A stretch of 32,000 nt of DNA, taken from positions 570,001 through 602,000 of the forward strand of contig NZ_CP089977.1 of the NCBI RefSeq assembly GCF_025643275.1, written 5' to 3'. Below are positions 23,756-32,000 of this stretch, in pieces; the stretch's first letter is position 1; every line of letters starts with the position of its first letter. The DNA is from Moraxella nasicaprae (GTDB lineage Bacteria > Pseudomonadota > Gammaproteobacteria > Pseudomonadales > Moraxellaceae). Position numbers and translations under genes: made by a program. The notes beneath the pieces were generated by a model, which saw nothing but the letters and a program-made list of their open reading frames with translations, was not told where the DNA came from and searched no databases.

Positions 23756-24434
23756 CCGCAGCTTCGGTGCGTAAAATCCTATCTCCAAAACTCACCGCCT
23801 GCACGCCCACGCTTTGTAATAACTTGATTTCATAAGGAATAAAACCGCCTTCTGCCCCCACAATCATCACTTTGGGCAAGCCGTCAGCCAAATAATCCGC
23901 CAGCCTTGTTTGGGCATAAGGGTGTGCCACCATCGCTCGTCCATCGCCAATCATGGCTGGCAATTCATCTTCCACAAAGGGCTTAAACCGCTTTGCTAGA
24001 ATAATCTTGGGTGGTATCGTATCCACACCCTGTTGCAGTCCCTCCAACACAAACTCATCAAGCCGTGCCAATAATGGCGACCCCCAGTAGGATTTATCCG
24101 TGCGATAGCTGTTCATCAGCACCATCTGCGATACGCCCATTGCCGTCATGTCCATCACAAGCCGTCTTAGCACTTTGGGTCTTGGTAGGGCAAGCACCAC
24201 CGTCAAATCCAGCTTATCAGGCGATTTTTTGGTCAAATGAACATCATCAAGCACAACGACATCATCGATTTGCCTGATGATTGCCGTACCCAACAATCCA
24301 CCAATCTGACCCACTTTTAGATCATCGCCCACGCCTGCTCCCAGTACCGTTTTGATGTGTTTGATGGTGTTTGGGTCGTGAATGATGGCAGTATGCTGGT
24401 GGATTTGTTCTTGGTTTAATAAAATCACATTCAT
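23724..24434 (-). CDS. rsmE: 16S rRNA (uracil1498-N3)-methyltransferase RsmE
   Basis: 236 aa. C-terminal GAEGGF...FGDRILRTEAAV is the RsmE signature. 4-nt overlap with waaA upstream. Confidence 0.8.
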   Translation of the reverse strand: MNVILLNQEQIHQHTAIIHDPNTIKHIKTVLGAGVGDDLKVGQIGGLLGTAIIRQIDDVVVLDDVHLTKKSPDKLDLTVVLALPRPKVLRRLVMDMTAMGVSQMVLMNSYRTDKSYWGSPLLARLDEFVLEGLQQGVDTIPPKIILAKRFKPFVEDELPAMIGDGRAMVAHPYAQTRLADYLADGLPKVMIVGAEGGFIPYEIKLLQSVGVQAVSFGDRILRTEAAVNALLGRWLG

Positions 24435-25765
24435 GCTAACTCTTTTGCCAATACCGCCAAAATTTTTGTTAATTGTGTCTGCAAGGCAGATTGTTTGGCG
24501 GTTACCAAATCTTTGGCAAGACCGCCTTTATCCGTGCCAGATTTGACCGCATCAAAGCGTTTGGCAAGCGTCTTTGACAGACTATCCCACACATCAGGTG
24601 TATCAGGCAAACTGTCCAATGCCCCAATGTCTGATAATGCCTCGACCAACTGATGGCAGTTTTCATCATACTGCCCCATGATGATGGGCTTGCCAAAGCT
24701 GGCAGGCTCGATGGGGTTGTGTCCACCGATTTTTGGCACAAAAGAACCTCCAACCACCGCCACATCACAAAGCTGATACCACGCCAACAGCTCGCCCATC
24801 GTATCCGCCAAATATACTTGGGTGGATTCATCAATCATTTGTCCCAAAGAGCGTCTTGCGACAATCAGCCCACTATCTTGGCATGACTGATACACCGCTT
24901 CAAACCGTTCGGGGTGGCGAGGCACAAGAATCAATAGCAAATCATCTCTGCTTTGGCACAGCTTGGCATGAGCATTTAGGGCGATACCCTCCTCGCCATC
25001 ATGCGTGCTTGCCATCACCCATACAGTACGATTTGCCAAAATCGGCTTGAATGCCTCTACCAACGATTGATTGGTCTGGTTCGGCTTGGTCAGACTGACC
25101 CATTTTAAAGAATCAGCGACGCTTAATTGGTTGGCAGTCGCCCCAAGTTTGGCAAATTTTTGAGCAAATGCCTCATCTTGGGCAATGATGTGGCTGATGT
25201 TTGCCATCATGCTGGCGGATACTTTGGCAAACTTATGATAGCCTTGATATGATTTTTCGCTCAATCTGGCATTGACCATCACGGTTGGTATGCCATGTTT
25301 TTTTGACAGATACAGCGTATTTGCCCATAATTCTGTTTCGATGAACAGCACCATCACAGGCAAGACATACGCCAAAAATCGCTCAATCACCGCCTGATTA
25401 TCCACAGGTACAAAACTGTGCGACACAAGACCTGACGCCAACTCATCGGCAAATAGCTTTTGTGCTTGGGCAAAACCTGTCTGTGTCGTACTGCTTATCC
25501 ATAAACCAAAACCCAGCTCAATCAGTTTTTTTAGTAGCGGATAAGCGGTGTTTAATTCGCCCAACGACACCGCATGACACCAAATCACCCCTCGACAACC
25601 CGTTGGTCTGGACTGATAACGCACGCCAAATCGCTCGTCCAATTCTCGTGATAGCGTGGGCAGGTTCTTGGATTTTTTTTGCACCAACAAACGATATAGC
25701 GGCGTCAATACCTTGATGGCAACTTGATAATACATCGGTGGTGGTGTGGCAATCTGTACAGTCAT
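24431..25765 (-). CDS. waaA: 3-deoxy-D-manno-octulosonic acid (Kdo) transferase
   Basis: 444 aa. WCHAVSLGE, ETELWAN, VNARLSEKS and GGSF...GGHNPIEPA are collinear with E. coli WaaA/KdtA. Confidence 0.9.
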   Translation of the reverse strand: MTVQIATPPPMYYQVAIKVLTPLYRLLVQKKSKNLPTLSRELDERFGVRYQSRPTGCRGVIWCHAVSLGELNTAYPLLKKLIELGFGLWISSTTQTGFAQAQKLFADELASGLVSHSFVPVDNQAVIERFLAYVLPVMVLFIETELWANTLYLSKKHGIPTVMVNARLSEKSYQGYHKFAKVSASMMANISHIIAQDEAFAQKFAKLGATANQLSVADSLKWVSLTKPNQTNQSLVEAFKPILANRTVWVMASTHDGEEGIALNAHAKLCQSRDDLLLILVPRHPERFEAVYQSCQDSGLIVARRSLGQMIDESTQVYLADTMGELLAWYQLCDVAVVGGSFVPKIGGHNPIEPASFGKPIIMGQYDENCHQLVEALSDIGALDSLPDTPDVWDSLSKTLAKRFDAVKSGTDKGGLAKDLVTAKQSALQTQLTKILAVLAKELA

Positions 25766-25856
25766 GTGTCTGGGTGTCGGTTAGATGGTTGATTGATTTT
25801 ATGATGGCATTGTAGCATTTTTGGCAAAAAGTAAACAATGGATAAATGAATGACAC

Positions 25857-25888
25857 AAAAAAGACAGACCCATCGATCTGTCTTTTTT
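25857..25888 (-). terminator. Rho-independent terminator after pepN
   Basis: Stem AGACAGA (25862-25868) / TCTGTCT (25877-25883), flanked by A6 and T6 runs. Confidence 0.7.
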
Positions 25889-25902
25889 ATTAAGATAAAT
25901 GC

Positions 25903-28473
25903 TTATTTATCTTTAAGCATATTGCCCAAGACTTCCAGCACATTTTTGGAGCTGACGACTTGTTGTAGCTGGCTGAGATACTGCTTGGCAATGGTGCGAG
26001 CCTTCTCTTCTAAGGTGTACCAACGAGCAAAACCGCCCAGCATACGAGCTGCCACCTGTGGATTAGATTTATCCAATCTTTCGATGGCAGATAAATACAG
26101 CTGCAAGCCCTCTTCTGACCATAATTGAACAGGTTTGGCTGACAATGCCCCTAGCGTGGTGCGAACACGGTTTGGCGTATTCCAATCATAGTCTTCTCGT
26201 TGCATCAAGGCAGCGATGTCTGCCACCGAAGTCTTGCCAGAGGCAGCCTGCACGCTAAACCAGCTGTCAATCACTAACTCTTCGTCAGCAAATCTGTCAT
26301 AAAAATCAGCCACAAACTCCGCCTTTCTTGGCAAATCATGATTGATGATGGCACTTAATACCCCAAATCGCTCACTCATACAACCTGCTTGTTGATACTG
26401 CTCATAAGCCCAAGTGTCAGCTTGTGCAATCTTGGCGGTCAAAGCAATGTCAAGCAAGATATTGCGAAGCAATCTTCTGCCACGAGCGTCAGGCGTATCT
26501 TCATAAGCCACCAATGGCAAGGCTTGATACCAATCGCCCACCACATCAGCCAAGCCATCTGCGATGATTTGAACCAGCTCATCACGGCGTGCTTTGACTT
26601 TGGCTGGGTCATAGTTTTCTTCATACGCCATGCCCAGCTCTTTTTGGCTTGGCAAATCAAACAGTCTGGCAGCAAGCATTGGGTCAGACTCACGCAGCTT
26701 GCTCACGGCAGGTTTGAGCGATGATAAGATGAATGAAGCGTCATCAGTCTGTCCTGCAAGCCAGCGATTGATGAGTGTTTGCAAGGCTTGCCATCTGTTG
26801 AAGCCTTCGGTCTCATGTGCCACCAAAAACGCCAAATCCTCATTGGTGTAGTCAAATTCTAATTTCACAGGTGCTGAAAAATTACGCAACACCGACACCA
26901 CAGGGCGAGAATCTGCATCAAGATTGATGCCCTCAAACTCAAAACTTTGAGCATCTTGGGTCAAAAGCAGCATTTTTTGGGCAAGCAATTTGCCTGACTT
27001 GCCATCAAAAATCGCTGTATCAACAGGGATTGGCAAGGCAATCGGAGCATCATAGCCTGCCACATGGCGAGTTTTTTGAGCAAGATTCACAGTGACTGTA
27101 TCGCCATTGACCACAAAATCTCCCGAAACCACAGGCGTGCCAGGCTGACGATACCAAGGCAAGAACAAGCTGGCTCTCTCATCAGCCGATGCCAATGCCG
27201 ACAAGAAATCCTCCACCGTTACCGCCTGACCATCATAGCGTCTAAAATATTCATCAGTGCCTTGACGGAACTTTTCTTTACCCATCAAGGTTGCCATCAT
27301 TCGGACGATTTCCGCTCCTTTTTCGTAGATGGTCAAGGTGTAAAAATTGTTAATCTCCACAAAGCTCTCTGGGCGTACAGGGTGAGCCAGACTACCAGAA
27401 TCCTCATCAAACTGTGCTGAGCGAAGTAGTGCCACATCATCAATGCGTTGCACCGCTTTTGAGCGAAAATCACCTGAGAAACTTTGGTCACGAAATACCG
27501 TAAAACCCTCTTTTAGGCAAAGCTGGAACCAATCACGGCAAGTGATGCGGTTGCCTGTCCAGTTATGAAAATACTCATGAGCGATGACCGATTTGACTCG
27601 AAAACTTCTTTCGTCAGTAGCAGTCTCTGGGCTTGATAGAACACAAGAAGTGTTAAAAATATTCAAGCCTTTATTTTCCATCGCACCCATATTAAACTGA
27701 CTGGTCGCCACAATCATATAGCGGTCTAAGTCATAGGCACAGCCATAGTTTTCCTCGTCCCACTTCATCGAGTCTTTTAGGGCTTGCATGCCTACATGGC
27801 ATTTATCGATGTCGTGGGCGGTGGCGTACACTTCTAGTAATACTTCTCGTCCTTCCATCGTGGTAAAGGTATCGCTAAGCACTTCTAGATTGGCAATCAC
27901 ACAAGCAAACAGATAGCTTGGTTTTTTGGTCGGGTCATGCCAAATGGCAAAATGTCTGTCATCATCAAGCTCGCCTGAGTCAATCAAATTACCATTGGCA
28001 AGCAAGGTCTTAAAGCGTTTTGGTGCTTCTAGACGAGTGCGGTATTCGGTCAAGACATCAGGTCGGTCTGGAAAAAAGGTAATCTTACGAAATCCTTCTG
28101 CCTCACATTGAGTAACAAACATCAGCTCATCGCCACTGCCAGCTTGATACAAGCCTTCTAGCGTGGTGTTGGTCTGTGGCACAATTTTGACCACGGTTTC
28201 TAGCACAAACTCATCAGGGGTGTGATGAATGCTTAAAGTCTCATCATCAACAGCATAATCAGCAGTATCTAGTGCTTGTCCGTCAATGGCGATGCTTTGT
28301 AATTGCAAATCCCTGCCAAATAACACAAACTGCCCCGCCGTCTTTCTCTCATAAGCCGTCTTGGCATACACGGTGGCATATTCATCATACAATTTGATGT
28401 CCAAATCGATGTTCTTGACTGCAAATACAGGTGGCGTGTAATCTTTTAGATAAACTTTGGTTGGTTCTGACAT
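25903..28473 (-). CDS. pepN: Aminopeptidase N (M1 family)
   Basis: 856 aa. GAMEN exopeptidase motif and zinc site HEYFHNWTGN...LKEG. Confidence 0.95.
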   Translation of the reverse strand: MSEPTKVYLKDYTPPVFAVKNIDLDIKLYDEYATVYAKTAYERKTAGQFVLFGRDLQLQSIAIDGQALDTADYAVDDETLSIHHTPDEFVLETVVKIVPQTNTTLEGLYQAGSGDELMFVTQCEAEGFRKITFFPDRPDVLTEYRTRLEAPKRFKTLLANGNLIDSGELDDDRHFAIWHDPTKKPSYLFACVIANLEVLSDTFTTMEGREVLLEVYATAHDIDKCHVGMQALKDSMKWDEENYGCAYDLDRYMIVATSQFNMGAMENKGLNIFNTSCVLSSPETATDERSFRVKSVIAHEYFHNWTGNRITCRDWFQLCLKEGFTVFRDQSFSGDFRSKAVQRIDDVALLRSAQFDEDSGSLAHPVRPESFVEINNFYTLTIYEKGAEIVRMMATLMGKEKFRQGTDEYFRRYDGQAVTVEDFLSALASADERASLFLPWYRQPGTPVVSGDFVVNGDTVTVNLAQKTRHVAGYDAPIALPIPVDTAIFDGKSGKLLAQKMLLLTQDAQSFEFEGINLDADSRPVVSVLRNFSAPVKLEFDYTNEDLAFLVAHETEGFNRWQALQTLINRWLAGQTDDASFILSSLKPAVSKLRESDPMLAARLFDLPSQKELGMAYEENYDPAKVKARRDELVQIIADGLADVVGDWYQALPLVAYEDTPDARGRRLLRNILLDIALTAKIAQADTWAYEQYQQAGCMSERFGVLSAIINHDLPRKAEFVADFYDRFADEELVIDSWFSVQAASGKTSVADIAALMQREDYDWNTPNRVRTTLGALSAKPVQLWSEEGLQLYLSAIERLDKSNPQVAARMLGGFARWYTLEEKARTIAKQYLSQLQQVVSSKNVLEVLGNMLKDK

Positions 28474-28790
28474 ATTTCCCTCTTATGTTGTCTGATAAAA
28501 AACAAGATTTTGGCAATCGACCTGCCAAGCCAAACATACTACCAAAAAATCCCCATCAAAAAAAGCCCCATGAGCAGTTATGGTGCATTTTCATTCATCT
28601 GTGGTATTTTTTAGACACCATGCGTTACGCTTACCCCTGATTCCAACCGTAACTGAACACAACAAAGATAAATCCTTATGTGAAATATGACAATTTTTAG
28701 CAAAAAATTCTTGTAAAACTGTTGTAAATTTGTCATCATAACCACATATCATTACCAAAAGTTTACTCGTATTTATATTAGGTTTCACCA

Positions 28791-29315
28791 ATGAAAACAA
28801 TGACTTTAAAATTATCCGTGATTGCCCTTAGTGCCGCTGTCGCTTTGATGACAGGCTGTGCCAATCGCAACACTTCGCCCAGCTCTCAGGTGGTGGTCGC
28901 CCCTAATGGTATTGCAGGCTATACAGGCAAGGCTTATCATGGCACGCCTTTGGTTAATAATTCCAAAGAAATCAAAGAGGCCGCCTCTAAGCTACCAAGC
29001 CTTGTGCATTTTGACTACAATTCCGATGTCATCAAACCACAAGCCGCCCAAATCCTAGACCAGCAAGCCAAATTCTTGACCGACAACCAAACCGCTCGTG
29101 TCTTAGTAGCAGGTCATACAGATGAGCGAGGCAGTCGTGAGTATAATATGTCATTGGGCGAACGCCGTGCTGCTGCCGTGCGTCAATACCTGATGTCCAA
29201 AGGCGTTCATCAAACCAAAGTTGAAATCGTCAGCTTTGGCGAGGAACGCCCCATTGCCACAGGCTCAGCCGAAGCCTCATACTCAAAAAATCGCCGTGCC
29301 GAGCTGTCTTACTGA
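28791..29315 (+). CDS. OmpA-family peptidoglycan-associated lipoprotein (Pal/P6-like)
   Basis: 174 aa. Lipobox MTGC. OmpA_C motifs FDYNSDVI, GHTDERGSREYNMSLGERRA, NRRAEL. No tol genes adjacent. Confidence 0.85.
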   Translation: MKTMTLKLSVIALSAAVALMTGCANRNTSPSSQVVVAPNGIAGYTGKAYHGTPLVNNSKEIKEAASKLPSLVHFDYNSDVIKPQAAQILDQQAKFLTDNQTARVLVAGHTDERGSREYNMSLGERRAAAVRQYLMSKGVHQTKVEIVSFGEERPIATGSAEASYSKNRRAELSY

Positions 29316-29336
29316 TACCTACGCCAGATAAGCTAA

Positions 29337-29366
29337 CTCCAACTGTTTTGGTTGGGGTTTTTGTTT
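29337..29366 (+). terminator. Probable terminator after the Pal-like gene
   Basis: CTCCAAC TGTTTT GGTTGGGG followed by TTTTTGTTTTT. Confidence 0.45.
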
Positions 29367-29490
29367 TTCATCATATCAATCGCCAGTGCTCTTTTTAAAC
29401 ATCATCGTTATGACACAAATCCTTCAAAGATGTGTATTTTTATGCCAATCATCAAAAAATAACCTTGATAATCTTTAAATACACCAACAA

Positions 29491-29520
29491 AAAAAACAGC
29501 CCCAAATGGAGCTGTTTTTT
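29491..29520 (-). terminator. Rho-independent terminator of the OMP gene
   Basis: ACAGC CCCAAATGGA GCTGT with flanking A8/T6 runs. Confidence 0.65.
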
Positions 29521-29535
29521 ATGCCTTGTGGCGGA

Positions 29536-30318
29536 TTAGAAGCGGTAAGTAACACCAAGTTTAGCGATTGGTAAAACTTTTAGGTAGTTTTTGTCTTCCA
29601 AATCTTTTTCAGCTTGTGCCGCCAGCTCATCACGCTGTGCTTGGCTCATGTTTGCTGATGCACCAGTTGCAGTTACGGTTGCATCAACTTGACCTAGATA
29701 AGCAGCACCCACTTCGCCAAACACGCCCCAGTTTTTGTCGATGTTTGGACGGAAACCAACGGTTAGGTATGGAGCAACTTTATTGCGATGTTCTAGCTTA
29801 CCTTCTAGCACGCCCACATCAGATTGGCTGTAATCTTCGCCACCGATGCGATAAGTGCCATCACTGTTTGGATTGGCTTTAACTTCTAGTTTGTTGTCTG
29901 GAATGATGATACCAGTACCGATGGTAAACCAGTTTGCTGCTGGGCGAAGTTGTACACCTAGGTATGGGTTGCTAAAACGAGTGTCTAGCTGATAGTTAAC
30001 ACCTTTGGCATCAAAGTTATCATTGATGGCTTTGGCGATGTCGCCACCTGCCCAACCAGCCACAACTTCGGTGGTCTCGTTCGCACCCCAAGCGATGTTT
30101 GCACCATAGCCTAGTGTACCAACTTCTGCACTGATGGCAGCAGGTTTGGTTGCAGTTTTTACGAAAGTGCCAGCACCATTAACAATGGCTGAACCTGTGT
30201 TAGTAACTGCTTTGGTTGTGCCTTTTAGTAGGCTGCCTGCTGCGTCAGTCACTGTATTTGCCATCGCACCAGTAGAAACCAATGCTGTTGCCAACAATGC
30301 TAATTGAAATTTTTTCAT
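29536..30318 (-). CDS. Outer-membrane beta-barrel protein
   Basis: Signal peptide MKKFQLALLATALVSTGAMA, alternating amphipathic strands, C-terminal GVTYRF signature. Start trimmed to ATG 30318 (AAGGAG RBS). Confidence 0.7.
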   Translation of the reverse strand: MKKFQLALLATALVSTGAMANTVTDAAGSLLKGTTKAVTNTGSAIVNGAGTFVKTATKPAAISAEVGTLGYGANIAWGANETTEVVAGWAGGDIAKAINDNFDAKGVNYQLDTRFSNPYLGVQLRPAANWFTIGTGIIIPDNKLEVKANPNSDGTYRIGGEDYSQSDVGVLEGKLEHRNKVAPYLTVGFRPNIDKNWGVFGEVGAAYLGQVDATVTATGASANMSQAQRDELAAQAEKDLEDKNYLKVLPIAKLGVTYRF

Positions 30319-30649
30319 TGTATTCTCCTTACAAATAGTCGCATTTTGTGGGTTTAACAATTTGCCTGATAAAGCGACTTGGTTATCATTGGTTACATTT
30401 AACCATATTTTTTTGGTGCTTGTCATCTCAAAAAATGGGCTTTGTTGTGGTGTCTTGGTAATTTATGATGATGGTTTGTATAACCTTTTGGAAAATGTGC
30501 AAGAATTGAGAAAGAATATTACTTATTGATACATTAAGATTTTTAAGCGTGATTTATATAAATATCTGATAAATACGGAAACGGTTTGTTTGATTATCAA
30601 GAAAAGTTTGACAATGATTTTGTTGATATTTTATCCAAAATATGAGCAT

Positions 30650-31288
30650 CTAATCACGCACCACCACACTTTCATACACTCTAAGCGGCTTAATGCTAAG
30701 GGCTTGGTTTGGTGCATGAGGTTGGGTGGCTGGCATGTTAATTGCTAATTGAGCAGTCATCACACTGACCAAAATACCGTGCTGAATCAAGCATCTGCTC
30801 GCCTGATTGTCGTGCATGGATAAGGATAGGCAGGTTTTGGCAAGATGAATTTTATCCTTATCATCAGCTTGCCATGCCATCGAATGTAAGGTCAGATGAT
30901 AAGTATCGTCACTTGTGTCTGCAACATGAGCGTACCAAGTTGTTGTAGCGGGCTTGATGTCAATCCAAAAATGCCTGCCCAGCTGTTTGGTGTATTGGCA
31001 AGATTGACTGGTGCGTTGTTGCCATGTCGCACCACCGCACCCAGACCATAAGATGCCATCAGGTTGCTTGATTAGTAATGAGGCTATATGCTGAGGATTA
31101 TTGAGTATCATCTGGACGCCATCATCTGATGCTCGCTTGGCTTGGTGCTGTAATCTTGCGATTTGCTTGGCATGCTGAGTTAGTTTGGCATCATTATCCA
31201 TCTGCGACAAGGCAATCATCGACATCGCACCAACAATCAGCACCACCATCAATACGATGAGCATCACAAAACCCTGCTGCCGCTTCAT
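30650..31288 (-). CDS. Type IV pilus assembly protein with PilX_N-type N-terminus (PilX/PilK-like)
   Basis: N-terminus MKRQQGFVMLIVLMVVLIVGAMSMIAL is typical of PilX N-terminal domain proteins. ATGA overlap with the upstream gene. Confidence 0.55.
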   Translation of the reverse strand: MKRQQGFVMLIVLMVVLIVGAMSMIALSQMDNDAKLTQHAKQIARLQHQAKRASDDGVQMILNNPQHIASLLIKQPDGILWSGCGGATWQQRTSQSCQYTKQLGRHFWIDIKPATTTWYAHVADTSDDTYHLTLHSMAWQADDKDKIHLAKTCLSLSMHDNQASRCLIQHGILVSVMTAQLAINMPATQPHAPNQALSIKPLRVYESVVVRD

Positions 31289-32000
31289 GATTTACCACCC
31301 AGTCTTAGGTTGGTTGGTGTTAAATACACACGATGAATTCGCCAATCCTGCTTGGGCGATACCAATAATCGCTGTGTCTGCCCAAATATCGACATGGGTG
31401 CTTGACGAGCCTCTGCTGTACCACGACTCATCAAAACCAGCTCAATCGCCACAGGCTGAACGCTTGGATAATGACGACGATACTCATCAAGCAAGACGGA
31501 TTGTATGCCTTGATTTGTTTGGACAGATAATCTTACCCAAAACCCACCAATGTCGCCCATCAAGACTGAGCCTTTCTCGCCCAATCCTTCTGGCGACCAT
31601 GCTCTTTTGACCTTGCGAGCATCGTTTTGCTCATCAATGATGGCATTTTGATGAGCGATACCCAGTCCTTTTTTGTCACGAGTGCCGTCTCGATGAATCT
31701 CATCGACCACATAGTGTATGGCATTGCATCGCAAGGCAAGCGTGCCATCATCTTCTTTTTGGACAAAATATCGCTCAATCACTCTTTGCCCATCAACCAT
31801 CACAAGACGACCATCGCCAAGTCGCACTTGCCGACTGCCCAGTACCAGCCGACCTTCACAATCCCACATATCCTCAGGGGCGGTATAATGTATGCTTAGC
31901 TGGTCTGATGGACGCTGGGTATGACTAGGTAGTGTCTGATGTTGGCTGATGATTTGTTGTGCATTGCCACGCTCAATGCGAAGCTGACCTAATTGACTAG
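31285..32000 (-). CDS. Putative type IV pilus minor pilin/assembly protein (PilW-like by position), 5' end outside window
   Basis: By hand translation the reading frame stays open from 31869 to the window edge. Translationally coupled to the PilX-like gene. No diagnostic motif is visible in the part present. Confidence 0.35.
   Translation of the reverse strand, partial: SQLGQLRIERGNAQQIISQHQTLPSHTQRPSDQLSIHYTAPEDMWDCEGRLVLGSRQVRLGDGRLVMVDGQRVIERYFVQKEDDGTLALRCNAIHYVVDEIHRDGTRDKKGLGIAHQNAIIDEQNDARKVKRAWSPEGLGEKGSVLMGDIGGFWVRLSVQTNQGIQSVLLDEYRRHYPSVQPVAIELVLMSRGTAEARQAPMSIFGQTQRLLVSPKQDWRIHRVYLTPTNLRLGGKS

Noticed and set aside
28791-29315. Calling this gene pal as part of a tol-pal operon
   Set aside because: The OmpA_C domain and lipobox are clear, but no tolB or cpoB genes flank it. 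Only the family-level call is retained.
1-32000. Recognisable phage-defence, toxin-antitoxin or secretion systems
   Set aside because: No nuclease, helicase, methyltransferase-restriction, TIR, Sir2, reverse transcriptase or small paired toxin-antitoxin signatures were seen in any frame. The DUF815 ATPase + MarR pair looks like a widespread conserved pair rather than a defence locus, though this cannot be excluded without searches.

Overview
This is a 32-kb Gram-negative chromosomal window, roughly 40-45% GC by eye. Gene style looks Moraxellaceae-like, but that is an impression, not a search result. The right half (about 17.4-32 kb) is ordinary housekeeping and envelope DNA: an FAD-linked 2-hydroxyacid dehydrogenase-type oxidase, a TlpA-like thioredoxin, an orphan ABC substrate-binding lipoprotein, a lipoprotein with a Lys/Pro/Glu repeat tail, cmoM, an EamA transporter, rsmE, waaA, pepN, a Pal/OmpA-like lipoprotein, a beta-barrel OMP and the distal part of a type IV pilus minor-pilin cluster. 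The left half (about 1.8-17.2 kb) is mosaic. It holds a frameshifted YddA-like ABC transporter, a decayed IS1016-like element and a DUF815 ATPase plus MarR. A DUF924 gene there is bracketed by duplicated 3' ends of an SMR gene, and the SMR pump itself sits behind a 133-bp palindromic element. Next come a MarR plus an ABC membrane domain with no ATPase, and a LysR-linked operon (Tat-signal AKR, AKR, SnoaL). The rest is an LLM oxidoreductase, an rlmD fragment, two overlapping secreted-protein genes, an ABM/cytochrome b561/MarR unit, a quinone oxidoreductase, and an unplaceable 185-aa protein beside five iteron-like repeats. The most unusual signal is a composite intergenic module present six times between 6.7 and 15.5 kb. 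It combines a near-palindromic box, a spacer and a terminator with a constant stem, and it appears to delimit cassette-like gene units. Two copies carry 12-mers identical (from memory) to Neisseriaceae DNA-uptake-sequence dialects, and one terminator carries the canonical GCCGTCTGAA. None of these occur in the housekeeping half. I found no CRISPR array, tRNA/rRNA gene or recognisable defence system. All family calls come from motif recognition in the translated ORFs, not from database searches.
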